A stretch of 64,000 bases of DNA from a bacterium (GCA_963674965.2 CAXXFL010000007.1:896001-960000); one strand, 5' to 3'; positions 55,114-64,000 are shown, numbered from the stretch's first letter. Numbers and translations: made by a program. The notes: a model not told the origin generated them from the sequence alone.

Positions 55114-56757
55114 TCAGGCGAGAGCGGCCTTCAAATCCTCCTCCACTGAGCTGATGGGAGCGATCTTGAATTTATCCACCAGCGCGTTAAGGGCCGCCGG
55201 CGTGACGAAGGCGGGAAGGCTCGGCCCCAGCTTGATATCGAGTATGCCCAGGTGAAGAAGAGTCAGAAGAATGGCCGCGGCCTTCTGCTCGTACCAGGAA
55301 AGGATCATCGTGAGGGGCAGGCCGTTCACGTCGGTATCGAAGGCGTTGGCCAGGGCCAGGGCAATCTGGATGGCCGAGTAGGCGTCGTTGCACTGGCCTA
55401 TGTCCAGGAGCCTGGGAATGCCCCCGATATCGCCGAACTCGAGCTTGTTGAACCGGTACTTGCCGCAGGCCAGGGTCAAAATAACGCCGTCCTCCGGGAC
55501 CGCCTTGGCCAGGTCCGTGTAATAACTCCTTCCGCTCCTGGCCCCGTCGCAGCCGCCGATAAGGAAGAAACGCCTGATCTTGCCGGCCTTGACCGCCTCG
55601 ATAACCTTGTCCGCCACGCCCAGCACCGCGTTCCTTCCAAAGCCCACGGTAATGGTCTGGCCGGGTCCGTCCTCCTCGAAGCCGGGCGCGGCCAGGGCCG
55701 CCTCGATGACGGGCGTGAAGTCGTGGTCCCCGATATGCCTAACGCCGGGCCAGGCCACCACGCCGCTGGTGAAAATCCTGTCCTTGTAGGAGTCGTCCGG
55801 CTTCTGGATGCAGTTGGTGGTCATGAGGATGGCCCCGGGAAACTCGGCGAACTCCTTCTTCTGGTTCTGCCAGGCGCTCCCGTAGTTGCCCACCAGATGC
55901 TTGTATTTTTTTAGACCCGGATATGAGTTGGCCGTGAGCATCTCGCCGTGGGTGTAAACGTTAATCCCCTTGCCCTCCGTCTGGATGAGGAGTTCTTCCA
56001 GGTCCTTGAGATCGTGACCCGACACGACGATGGCCTTTCCCTTGAGCGGCGTGACCCGGACCGCCGTCGGCTCGGGATGGCCGTATGTCCCGGTGTTTCC
56101 CGCGTCCAGGAGTTCCATCGCCTTCAGGTTAATCTCGCCCACTCGAAGGGCGTAGCCGAGAAGCTCATCCAACGTTGGGTCCTTTTTGGTGAGAAAATCC
56201 AGGGCCTCGTGAATGAACGCGTAAACCGCCTCGTCCTCCTGGCCCAGTATCTGGGCGTGGTCCGCGTAGGCGGCGACTCCCTTGAGTCCATACGTGATGA
56301 GTTCCTGAAGACCGACGACGTCGTCGCCCAGATCGCTCTTCCTTTTCTCGATGCCCACCTCGACTCCTTGCGCGATAAGGCCGGCCAGGTCGGAGGCGGG
56401 CGTCCACGCGGCGGCCCCCTCAAGCTTCTCCGCCGGCTTTCCCACCCGGGACGCGGCTTCTTCGTAAAGGCCCTTGGCCTTGTCCTTCATTAGGGCGGCC
56501 TTCTCGAGGAGGGCCTTGAGCCTGACCGGGTCGAAGTTCACGTTGGTCAGCGTCGAGAAAAGGGCCTTCAAGATGAAGACGTCGATTTCGCGGTCCCTGG
56601 CGCCCATTTCCCCGGCGCGATGGGCGTGGTTGGCCACGCCTTTCAAGGCGTGGATCAAGAGGTCCTGGAGGGCCGCCGCGTCGGCGTCTTTTCCGCAAAC
56701 TCCTTTAGCTTTGCATCCCTCTCCTTTTGCCGTTTGTTCGCACTGGTAGCAAAACAT
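55114..56757 (-). CDS. hcp: hybrid-cluster protein (hydroxylamine/NO reductase)
   Basis: MFCYQCEQT..C...GVCGK, SGHDL, YTHGEM, TTNC, GGCDG, LACGKYR, GQCNDAYS, SWYEQKA. Confidence 0.96.
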   Translation of the reverse strand: MFCYQCEQTAKGEGCKAKGVCGKDADAAALQDLLIHALKGVANHAHRAGEMGARDREIDVFILKALFSTLTNVNFDPVRLKALLEKAALMKDKAKGLYEEAASRVGKPAEKLEGAAAWTPASDLAGLIAQGVEVGIEKRKSDLGDDVVGLQELITYGLKGVAAYADHAQILGQEDEAVYAFIHEALDFLTKKDPTLDELLGYALRVGEINLKAMELLDAGNTGTYGHPEPTAVRVTPLKGKAIVVSGHDLKDLEELLIQTEGKGINVYTHGEMLTANSYPGLKKYKHLVGNYGSAWQNQKKEFAEFPGAILMTTNCIQKPDDSYKDRIFTSGVVAWPGVRHIGDHDFTPVIEAALAAPGFEEDGPGQTITVGFGRNAVLGVADKVIEAVKAGKIRRFFLIGGCDGARSGRSYYTDLAKAVPEDGVILTLACGKYRFNKLEFGDIGGIPRLLDIGQCNDAYSAIQIALALANAFDTDVNGLPLTMILSWYEQKAAAILLTLLHLGILDIKLGPSLPAFVTPAALNALVDKFKIAPISSVEEDLKAALA

Positions 56758-56784
56758 TTTTTCTCCTTCCTTTAATTTTATTTA

Positions 56785-56798
56785 AGTACCTAATTACC
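56785..56798. promoter_or_regulatory. candidate Rrf2 operator upstream of hcp
   Basis: AGTA-CCTAAT-TACC, similar to 59533-59546. Confidence 0.55.
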
Positions 56799-56852
56799 TG
56801 TATAGGGCCGCAATATTGCCCCGAATACTTTAACAAGGCGGGCCTGGACTTT

Positions 56853-57602
56853 TTACGCCGCGCCCACCTCCAGGAACGTCTTATAAGCAAGCGCCTTGCC
56901 CGCGCCGGTCTTGAATATCTTCTCGATCTTCCTCTCCAGCGTTTCTTTGTCCGCGTCCGGGTACTCGTCGGGAACGTTAACCAGCCAGTCGGCGTCCCAT
57001 AAAACGCGGAACTCGAGCGTGTCGACGTCCTTGGCCGAGTGATGGTTGGCGATGATTTTCAGCACGTGCTCGATGGTGTCCTTGTCCAGGCCGGCCTCCT
57101 TCAAAATGGGCTCGGCGATGGCGGGTCCTTCCATCTCCTGGTAGACGCCGGCCGAGCCGCCGTGCTTTCTCTCCGCTTCCTGGATGCCTATATCGTGGAG
57201 GATGGCCGAGGCCAGTATGACCTTGGGGTCGCCTCCTTCCCGGCGCATGATCTCCTCGGCCCGCTCGAGCACGGAAAGGGCGTGGGTGATCCTTTTCTGG
57301 TCCGCGCCGAAGACCTTCTTCATGGCGGCTATCAGCTTCTCGGTCAGTGCCGTCTCGTGGGCGCCCTCCTCCGCCAGTTCTTTGGGATCGAACCCGAGGC
57401 ATTCCTTGGCGTGCTCGCACCACTGGGCGCAGCCCATGCTCATCTTGGGGTTGACCACCAGGGTCCCGCACTTCTTGCAGCGGCGGCGGGCCTCGTCCTT
57501 GAAGAACTCCATGGCCGCCCCACATCCTCCGCACTTGATCTCGAATATATCCTCGGGCCTCCAGAACCTGGTGTCCTGTCCCGGGCACATCGTCTGCGTC
57601 AT
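56853..57602 (-). CDS. HD-domain phosphohydrolase with N-terminal Cys-rich (Zn-ribbon-like) domain
   Basis: CPG..., CGGCG, CKKCG, CAQWC..C; H...LHDIG...HH...DAD. Confidence 0.85.
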   Translation of the reverse strand: MTQTMCPGQDTRFWRPEDIFEIKCGGCGAAMEFFKDEARRRCKKCGTLVVNPKMSMGCAQWCEHAKECLGFDPKELAEEGAHETALTEKLIAAMKKVFGADQKRITHALSVLERAEEIMRREGGDPKVILASAILHDIGIQEAERKHGGSAGVYQEMEGPAIAEPILKEAGLDKDTIEHVLKIIANHHSAKDVDTLEFRVLWDADWLVNVPDEYPDADKETLERKIEKIFKTGAGKALAYKTFLEVGAA

Positions 57603-58288
57603 TTTACCCTCCCCTTTCCGGCGCGGGGCCAATAGTCGGCGAAGCGCTCCCCCCTGGCGCCGTTTTCCAGGTAGTCCCCGATTATCCTCTCGACCAGGCC
57701 GATGGCCTCCTCGGCGCTCGAGACCTCGGCTATCTTGCCGCCCAGCCGCGGCCGCCGCCCCAGCTTGCCTCCGGCGATGACCTTGATCCATGGTCCCGAC
57801 AGGCTGATGCTGTGAGCGGGACAAACGTCGCGGCACTCGTTGCAACCCAGGCATTTTTCCCGGTTGAATACGGGATACCCGCCGTCCCACTCGATGGCGC
57901 GGTCCGGACAGGCCAGCATGCACGACCCGCACTCGCGGCACTCGGAGGGATCGAACTCGGGACGGACGAAGCCGATGAGGCCAAGGTCGGCGATCTGGGG
58001 CCTCGAGCGGCAATTGGCGCATCCCGCCACGGCGATCTTAATCCCATGGTGAGCCTTTGATTTATCCGGCCCCAGTTTGGCCGCGATCCTCTCGCCTGTC
58101 GCGTTTCGGGACGCCCATTCCTCGAGGCCGCGGACCAGGGCCGCCGCGTCGATGCCCGAGTTACGGCAACCTTCCCTCGCGCATTTGCCCTCCCATATTT
58201 CAATCATGGGGAATTTCCTTTCCGGGCCTTCCTCATTAATTTCGGTGAAAGCCTTTTCCTCATGATTATGTACGCCGGCGGACTTCAT
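57599..58288 (-). CDS. nitrite/sulfite-reductase 4Fe-4S-domain protein with ferredoxin insert
   Basis: KIAVAGCAN..SRPQIADLG, two CxxCxxCxxxCP, GGKLGRRP, GERF. Confidence 0.8.
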   Translation of the reverse strand: MKSAGVHNHEEKAFTEINEEGPERKFPMIEIWEGKCAREGCRNSGIDAAALVRGLEEWASRNATGERIAAKLGPDKSKAHHGIKIAVAGCANCRSRPQIADLGLIGFVRPEFDPSECRECGSCMLACPDRAIEWDGGYPVFNREKCLGCNECRDVCPAHSISLSGPWIKVIAGGKLGRRPRLGGKIAEVSSAEEAIGLVERIIGDYLENGARGERFADYWPRAGKGRVK

Positions 58289-58315
58289 GGCCAATCGCCT
58301 CTCTTTGTTTCCTCA

Positions 58316-59089
58316 TTACCCCGTTGAAGCCTTGGGACCGTACTCGGTCAGGTCCTCTTCCTCCTGCACCTTTCCGTCCACGCTTATCTGTATTCTTTTA
58401 AGGGGGACATTGGTCCCCGACTTCTCGATGGCCTTTTCAGCGCCAAACACGAAGCCGCGGCAGCAGGGGACTTCCATATGGACAACGGTGAGCGACCTTG
58501 GTTTCGCTTCCTTCAATATCAGGGCCAGCCTCTCGATATGGGCCTCGAGGTCGTCCAGCTTGGGGCAACCGATGGCCACGGCCTTGCCGGGAAGCAGCCG
58601 GGAGTGAAGGTCCGGATAGCTCACGCCCGCGCAGTCGGCCAGAAGGACCAGGTCCGATCCCTTGAGGAATGGCGCGCTCGGTCCCAGAAGCTGGAGCTTG
58701 ATGGGCCAGTGCCCCAGGCCGGATGGGGAGCTTTCCAACGAGGAACAACCACAACTTCCTCGCGGAGAAAGAGCGCGAGCCGCCGTGCCCGGGCATCCGC
58801 AGGCCAGGGTCTCCTCATGCCCATGGGTTGCCCGTCCAGCCTCGTTTTTCTGGAGAAGATCCTCGACCGCCGCCTCGTCGAACTCCTCGGCCTCGCGCTC
58901 GATTATGGTCAGCGCCCCCTCCGGGCACTCACCTATGCAGGCCCCAAGGCCGTCGCAGTATACGTCGCCCACCAGCCTGGCCTTCCCTTCAACCAGCTTG
59001 AGCGCCCCCTCGGCGCAGGCGATTATACACTGGCCGCAACCCGTGCATTTTTCCTCGTCGATCTTAATTATTTTTCTCGCGCCAGGCAT
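58316..59089 (-). CDS. 4Fe-4S dicluster protein (hcp-associated iron-sulfur protein)
   Basis: CTGCGQC...C.EGA, CDGLGACIGECP, CGCPG, WPIKL, ADC, GCPKLD, MEVPCC. Confidence 0.85.
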   Translation of the reverse strand: MPGARKIIKIDEEKCTGCGQCIIACAEGALKLVEGKARLVGDVYCDGLGACIGECPEGALTIIEREAEEFDEAAVEDLLQKNEAGRATHGHEETLACGCPGTAARALSPRGSCGCSSLESSPSGLGHWPIKLQLLGPSAPFLKGSDLVLLADCAGVSYPDLHSRLLPGKAVAIGCPKLDDLEAHIERLALILKEAKPRSLTVVHMEVPCCRGFVFGAEKAIEKSGTNVPLKRIQISVDGKVQEEEDLTEYGPKASTG

Positions 59090-59517
59090 GGCCCCTCCTT
59101 TGTATCCACGAGTTCATCGCCCAGGTCGGACAGTCTCGTGCCGTTGAAATATTCCTCTATCCTTTTGTTCACCGCGCGCAAAAGGTCTCCCATTATGCAC
59201 GACTCGCCCGAGCATATCCTTTCGCTAAGCAGGCAGTCGCTATAGGAAAAAGGTCCCTCGAGGGCCTCGTAGATTTCCATGAGCCTTATGTTCTCGGGCG
59301 CAAGGGCCAGGGAATAGCCGCCGCTCGGTCCTCTCACTCCCCGGGCCAGGCCCGCCTTGGCCAGCTTCTGCATGACCTTGGACAGGTGGGCCTCACTGAC
59401 CTTGAGCGACCTGGCCATCTCGGAGTTGGATAACTTCCTGTGGTTTTCCTTGGCCATCATGGCCATGGCGTGGATGCCGATTCTCGCGGCCTCGGATATT
59501 TTAATCATGTCGCTCAT
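59068..59517 (-). CDS. Rrf2-family transcriptional regulator with three Cys
   Basis: A....VSEAHLSKVMQKL..AGL....RGP.GGY.L..PE.I.L.EIYEALEG; C-x6-C-x4-C. Confidence 0.92.
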   Translation of the reverse strand: MSDMIKISEAARIGIHAMAMMAKENHRKLSNSEMARSLKVSEAHLSKVMQKLAKAGLARGVRGPSGGYSLALAPENIRLMEIYEALEGPFSYSDCLLSERICSGESCIMGDLLRAVNKRIEEYFNGTRLSDLGDELVDTKEGPCLAREK

Positions 59518-59527
59518 CTTTTTTACT

Positions 59528-59556
59528 ATTATGGTACTACAATACCTTTTTGTCAA
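59528..59556 (-). promoter_or_regulatory. sigma70 promoter of the rrf2-hcp operon with a palindromic operator in the spacer
   Basis: TTGACA-17 bp-CATAAT; GGTA-CTACAA-TACC at 59533-59546. Confidence 0.75.
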
Positions 59557-60037
59557 GGTTTTTTTTAGCCCTTTTAAAGAGATTTTTCGTCTAAACATTA
59601 AAATCTAATATTATCAGTGCCTTAACGTGGACGGCCGTTTCGGCCCACGCGAGAATTACCATCCACTTTGATGCTCCGTCCCCTCGGGAATCATCCTTTC
59701 TTTGGTCCAGGGCCCATGCCTCCAACCATCTGGCGTTTGAAGTCCGCGTCGATCTTTATTATGTTTTGCCCTAAGCGGGCTATTGAACAAAGCCCGGGGT
59801 TGGCCGGGAAGCGGCTTACCATGGGCCTTGATATTAAGCCCCTTCGACTAATGGAAATGGAACCAATAAGGCGCCAACGTTTATGCCGCTCATCATAAAA
59901 CGCCGCGCCAAGTCCATATAGTAAAACCAACCCAGGGCGCCATGCCCGGAGATTTCGGCTACAATCTTTATTAAGCGTTCCTTTAACGAATGGGGCCGCC
60001 GCGCGGCCGTTGGGACATAATATCAACGGGAGAAGCG

Positions 60038-60268
60038 ATGTATATACTGATCAACTACTGCAACTTGTGAGGATACCGGCCGAGGGCGGTCGCTCTCGCG
60101 AGGATTCTCAAGGAAAAGTACGACGTCGAGACCGATATCTCGGTGGGAAACTCGGGCGATTTCGAGGTCAAGGCCGACGGCAAGCCGGTTTTCTCCAAGC
60201 GCTCGCTGGGACGCTTTCCCAACCCCGGCGAGGTCGAGGACTTGGTCAAGCAATTACTGCAAGGATGA
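60038..60268 (+). CDS. SelW/SelT/SelH (Rdx)-family selenoprotein, CxxU, 76 aa
   Basis: MYILINYCNL-TGA(60068-70)-GYRPRAVALA...G.SGDFEV..DG..VFSK...GRFP..GEV; GGGAG RBS; hairpin 3' of the UGA. Confidence 0.88.
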
Positions 60269-60291
60269 CTTCGGCCTGATATAATGGCCGC

Positions 60292-61074
60292 GTGAGTTTT
60301 TCTTCCAAACAAGGCGATAAAACCTACGGCCCGGAGGACGCCCGGGCCCCGGTGCAGCTTTCCCTTCTGGACAACGTCGGGCCTCTGCCCTCGAGTCCTC
60401 TCATGGAGGAGTCCGAGTTCATCGCGAGGCTTTCGGGCCTAATACCGGAAAAGACCAGGATCAGCCTCACCCGCAACCGGTCATCCATCATCCACGCCCG
60501 CCGGGACAAGAACGGCGTTTGCGTGGCCCGGGTCCAGCACGCCTTCCGGGCGGCGGACGAGAGGACCATGAAGGCCCTGGCCCGGTTTATCGTGAGGCCC
60601 GACAAAAGGTCCCGCCGCGTCATCGACGAGTTCATCCGGGACAAGGCCGACCTTATCGACGCCATGGCCAGGGAGGCCAGGCCCGCTTCCCCCATGGCCG
60701 GGTCTCATCGCGACCTGGCAAAGATACTGGCCAAGGTCCAGCGGGACCACGGCGTCCGGGTGAAGGGCCTTGGAATCTCGTGGTCCCGAGCGGGCGTGAG
60801 GAAAAAAAGAAGGTCCATCAAGTTCGGCAGCTTCAGCCACGCCGCGAGAACGATCTATATTCACCCCGAGCTTGACGACCCCTCCGTGCCGGATTACTTC
60901 GTCGAGTATATCGTCTACCACGAGCTCCTCCATTCCCTTTTCCCGCCCTCAGTCGGCAGCGGGAACAGGCGGGACGTGCATAACGAGGAGTTCAAAAGGT
61001 TCGAAAGGAAGTTCAGGCTATACAAAGAGGCGGTCGAGTACGAGAAGCTTTTCGTGAAAACCAGGCTCGGCTAG
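60292..61074 (+). CDS. SprT/YgjP-like zinc metalloprotease domain protein
   Basis: FGS, I.IHP.LD...VP.YFVEYIVYHELLH, H..EF...E; start codon uncertain. Confidence 0.78.
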   Translation: MSFSSKQGDKTYGPEDARAPVQLSLLDNVGPLPSSPLMEESEFIARLSGLIPEKTRISLTRNRSSIIHARRDKNGVCVARVQHAFRAADERTMKALARFIVRPDKRSRRVIDEFIRDKADLIDAMAREARPASPMAGSHRDLAKILAKVQRDHGVRVKGLGISWSRAGVRKKRRSIKFGSFSHAARTIYIHPELDDPSVPDYFVEYIVYHELLHSLFPPSVGSGNRRDVHNEEFKRFERKFRLYKEAVEYEKLFVKTRLG

Positions 61075-61077
61075 CGA

Positions 61078-61299
61078 TCATGACTCGCATGAGTCGCGCA
61101 TGGCGCACTCGCCCGGCTCTTCATCCTCCGCGTCCCGAGTGAAAACCACGAAGGCCATGGCCGGCCTCTTCGAGGAGTCGCGCATGGCGAACTGGATACC
61201 GTCCAGGGTCCAGCCCTCGGCCGAGTTCTCGTTGATGCACCGCTCCAGGTTCTCGTCCGTTACCGTGCTTATTTCCCTTACCCTGTAATGCGTGACCAT
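61078..61299 (-). CDS. DUF4177-like small protein
   Basis: Y.V.E...V.DE.LE..IN....EGW.L......MAF..F.R; GGGGAG RBS. Confidence 0.7.
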   Translation of the reverse strand: MVTHYRVREISTVTDENLERCINENSAEGWTLDGIQFAMRDSSKRPAMAFVVFTRDAEDEEPGECAMRDSCES

Positions 61300-61374
61300 G
61301 CTCTTCTCCCCTGACCTTATACTATCAATATAGTCACGGCCCCCCGGAGGCGCAAGCGTAACCGCGTCCTTCGG

Positions 61375-62781
61375 TCACCCTTGTCGGTAAAAATCGAGAA
61401 GCTCCTTGGCGTTTTCCCTCACGCTTTTCACGGAGGGAACGCCCGCGCGGAGGTCGTCAATGGCGCGGGGCGACTCGATGAGGGAGCGCATAACGCGGGC
61501 CAGGTCACGGTGGTCCCCGATACGGAAGGTCAACCCGCCCCCGTCCTTGACCAGCTCGGCCATGCCGCCCACGTCCGAGACGATGGCCGGGACGCCGGCG
61601 AGAAAGGCCTCGTGTATGGTGAGGGGAGAGTTCTCGTACCAAAGGGACGGCACGATTAAAGCGTCCAGACCCGAGAGGATCGAGCCCACCTTGTCGTTCT
61701 CGAAGCGGCCCATAAACCTGACGCGTCGGCCCCGCGCCAGCTTTTCAAGTCTCTTGGCGTAAGCGGGAAACCACTTCATGTCGCCGTATACGAGAAGCTC
61801 GGCGTTCGCGTCATCGAGAAGGCCCATGGCCTGGACCGCCAGGTGGACTCCCTTGTGCTCGACGGGCGTGCCGATGAAGCCGAACCTCAGGTGGCCGGCC
61901 TCGGTCCGCTCGAGGTTTTGGAAGGGAGTCGGATCGAACCCGTAGTCCGAATGGATAATTTTTTCGGGCGAGACCACGCCGGCCTCGAGGGTCTTTTCCA
62001 TGAGGAACCGGCTGGGCGCGAAGACCATCCTGGCCGAGGAAAGGGCCCGGGTCATGGTTTCCATCCTGGCCTCGATCATCTCCCTCCTCGCGTTGAGAGA
62101 TGAGGCGGGATTCTCGAGGTCCCGGGCGTTCTTCCAGGCCCGGAGCCGCTCGACCAGGGGGGAAGGCATTTGGCGCTTGATCGCGTGGGCGGTCCGTATT
62201 GCCCGGTCGGCGGCCGCATTGACGATGGTCCCGGCCAGGCGCGCGGCCTTGTGGGGGGACGCGGCCAGTCCGCTTCCGGGCGATCCCGAGTAAAGCGCGC
62301 CGATGGCGTTGCCGCAGCGGGCGCAGCGCTCGGGGTCCGGTCCGGGGCACAAGGCAAAGCCGGGCTGGAGGAGCAGGATGGGCGGGCATATGTGCCAGTA
62401 GTCGGCCAGGGTCAGGAAAGCCGGTATACCGGCCTTCTCGCATTCCTCGATCATGGAGCACGAGAGCCTGAAGGTATGCTGGAAATGGACCAGGTCGGGT
62501 TTTTGCTCGAGAAGAAAGTCACGGAAAAGCGCGTCAATTTCAGGGTCCGCGTAGGATTCCTTAAAGCCGGCCGGCTCCCCGCGCCGAAGGCGATAGACCG
62601 GGCCGCGCCAGTCGTCTTTGATAATCTCGAATTTGCCCGGGGGGAGGGGCGCGTCCTCCGAGGTGAAGACCACCACCTCGTGTCCCCGCCTCGCGAACTC
62701 CCGGGCCAGAAGGGACGCGTAAATCTCCGTGCCCGCCTGGTGGCCGGGAAGATAGTAGTGGACCACTAATAGGATTTTCAT
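61375..62781 (-). CDS. glycosyltransferase family 4
   Basis: MKIL.V.H.Y.P...AGTE, PDLVHFQH, DYW.ICP, GFIG....HKG, PSLWYENSPL.I.EA. Confidence 0.92.
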   Translation of the reverse strand: MKILLVVHYYLPGHQAGTEIYASLLAREFARRGHEVVVFTSEDAPLPPGKFEIIKDDWRGPVYRLRRGEPAGFKESYADPEIDALFRDFLLEQKPDLVHFQHTFRLSCSMIEECEKAGIPAFLTLADYWHICPPILLLQPGFALCPGPDPERCARCGNAIGALYSGSPGSGLAASPHKAARLAGTIVNAAADRAIRTAHAIKRQMPSPLVERLRAWKNARDLENPASSLNARREMIEARMETMTRALSSARMVFAPSRFLMEKTLEAGVVSPEKIIHSDYGFDPTPFQNLERTEAGHLRFGFIGTPVEHKGVHLAVQAMGLLDDANAELLVYGDMKWFPAYAKRLEKLARGRRVRFMGRFENDKVGSILSGLDALIVPSLWYENSPLTIHEAFLAGVPAIVSDVGGMAELVKDGGGLTFRIGDHRDLARVMRSLIESPRAIDDLRAGVPSVKSVRENAKELLDFYRQG

Positions 62782-63761
62782 TTCAAGCGGGGCTTTATAA
62801 GCTTCTCGTAAAAGGAATAAAGAGGGAGGGCCTTGGTCTTGTCCATAAAGTCGGCCAGAAGCTCGATCTCCTCTTTAAGGGACGCGATCTCCTCGTCCCT
62901 GGCCGCCAGCTTTTCAAGGAGTTCTTCTTTCTCTTTTCTTTTCTTTTTAAGGGCCATGGCGCGGGCCATCTCGATGACGAGGGACAGTCCCCGGAAGTCG
63001 GCCCGCTCGGCGGCCTCCCCCGAGGCCAGGTCGGCCAACTCTCCCCACCTGGGCCCCAGACCCTCGGCGGCCCCCACCAGGAAGTGCCGATAGGAGGGCT
63101 CGGCCTTGTCGTAATCGTAAAAGGCCCGGTTGTAGGCCTCCATGAAAAAGGGGATGGCGTCGGCCATCTCCGGGTCCGAGTCCAGGGAGTAATAGGAGGC
63201 CATCATCAGCATCCATCTGTCCAGCCGGCCGCTGGGAATGACCTGGACGTCGAGTCCGCGGTCGACCAGGCCCACGATGGTCGAGACCAGGTCGGGCAGG
63301 GCCAGCTCGAGGTGCTCCTTTAAATAGGGATGATCGTAGCCCGACTGGCCCCGGATGAACTCGAATATCGCCTTGTCCGCCGACCGCACCGCCTCGGAAT
63401 AAAAGGGGGCCGCCAGGATCACGTAGGACTTGGCCACCCGGCAAAGCTCGTGAATGAAAAGCTCGCGCCGCTCGGGGACCACGTGCTCGAGGGTATCGAG
63501 GCTCACGGCTATGTCGAACCGATCGTCCTGAAAGGGAAGCTCGCATCCGCCGGCCATGACGTAGCCCGGCGCGTCGCCCGGGTGGACGTCCACCACGGTT
63601 ATCTCGCGCCCGGAAAGGAACTTGCCTATTTGCGGCGGAAAGCCTCCTCCCACCTCGAGGATGGAAAGGCCCTTGCCCGAGCCCTCCAGGACCGGTACTA
63701 TCTCGGCCACCAGGCGATAGCGCTGGTACTGATCGAAGGGAAGCCGGTAAACGTCCTCGAT
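62778..63761 (-). CDS. class I SAM-dependent methyltransferase with C-terminal coiled coil; probable ATC start
   Basis: ILEVGGG, LPF.D..FD...SLDTLEHV; ORF open to ATC 63761, which lies 5 nt after AGGAGG. Confidence 0.8.
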   Translation of the reverse strand: MEDVYRLPFDQYQRYRLVAEIVPVLEGSGKGLSILEVGGGFPPQIGKFLSGREITVVDVHPGDAPGYVMAGGCELPFQDDRFDIAVSLDTLEHVVPERRELFIHELCRVAKSYVILAAPFYSEAVRSADKAIFEFIRGQSGYDHPYLKEHLELALPDLVSTIVGLVDRGLDVQVIPSGRLDRWMLMMASYYSLDSDPEMADAIPFFMEAYNRAFYDYDKAEPSYRHFLVGAAEGLGPRWGELADLASGEAAERADFRGLSLVIEMARAMALKKKRKEKEELLEKLAARDEEIASLKEEIELLADFMDKTKALPLYSFYEKLIKPRLK

Positions 63762-63776
63762 GGTCTCCTCCTTTTC

Positions 63777-64000
63777 CTAGGCCCGTTCCTTGATCTTCAC
63801 GGCCGGGACCCCGCCGACGACGGTGTAAGGACCCACCTCGCCCGTGACCACCGCCCCCGCCGCGACCACCGCGCCCTTGCCGACCGAGGAGCCGGGAAGC
63901 ACTATGGCGCCGGCGCCTATCCAGACGTCGTCGCCCACGTGGATGGGCTTGCTCACGTGCTCCTGGCTTTGCATGGGCGCGTCGGGGTCGGTCCCGTGGT
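63777..64000 (-). CDS. hexapeptide-repeat acyltransferase, 3' part (runs off the window)
   Basis: [30 protein letters not shown]...V....VGGVPA. Confidence 0.88.
   Translation of the reverse strand, partial: HGTDPDAPMQSQEHVSKPIHVGDDVWIGAGAIVLPGSSVGKGAVVAAGAVVTGEVGPYTVVGGVPAVKIKERA

Noticed and set aside
59600-60030. ncRNA or ORFs between rrf2 and the selenoprotein; short word matches to bases 1-70
   Set aside because: The matches are 8-10 bp and out of order, with no recognisable RNA motif.
63777-63779. Pyrrolysine decoding of the in-frame TAG
   Set aside because: No pyl genes in the window, TAG serves as an ordinary stop elsewhere (e.g. 3705-3707, 22855-22857), and a strong RBS follows it.
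1-64000. CRISPR array, rRNA, transposase, integrase or reverse transcriptase/DGR
   Set aside because: No regularly spaced repeat-spacer array and no such catalytic motifs; the repeats seen are coding repeats or the A/B pairs.

Overview
GC-rich (roughly 60-65% by eye) chromosomal window from a probably anaerobic, deltaproteobacterial-type (Desulfobacterota/Myxococcota-like) bacterium. The lineage is inferred from the pilin type, Hcp, tungsten AOR, OFOR and a selenoprotein. 1-9.2 kb is a variable surface-protein region: a signal-peptide-bearing tail-fibre-like adhesin, an AT-rich secreted protein, a degenerate membrane-anchored type IV pilin, and a 2.95-kb segment bounded by 58-bp direct repeats of the neighbouring gene's 3' end that carries a frameshifted LVIVD/dockerin-like gene. 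9-21 kb holds secreted GH84 and GH92 glycosidases, a candidate sigma54-driven small ORF, and an AMIN-M19 dipeptidase/discoidin/MFS operon. 21-42.6 kb is central metabolism: lipA, ABC permeases, an aconitase-citrate synthase-flavoprotein pair-OFOR operon, fumC, an RND remnant, and MerR-ThDP enzyme-AOR. 43-54 kb has a sulfatase-fold protein, tRNA-Met, Usp, a beta-propeller protein, an adenylate cyclase, and a group-2 sigma70 factor behind an 830-bp AT-rich regulatory region. 54-59.6 kb is an Rrf2-led hcp operon with a recognisable operator. 60-64 kb has a CxxU selenoprotein missing from the ORF track and the end of a polysaccharide-modification operon whose methyltransferase appears to start at ATC. 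No CRISPR array, rRNA, integrase or transposase was seen. All calls come from reading motifs by eye, without database searches.
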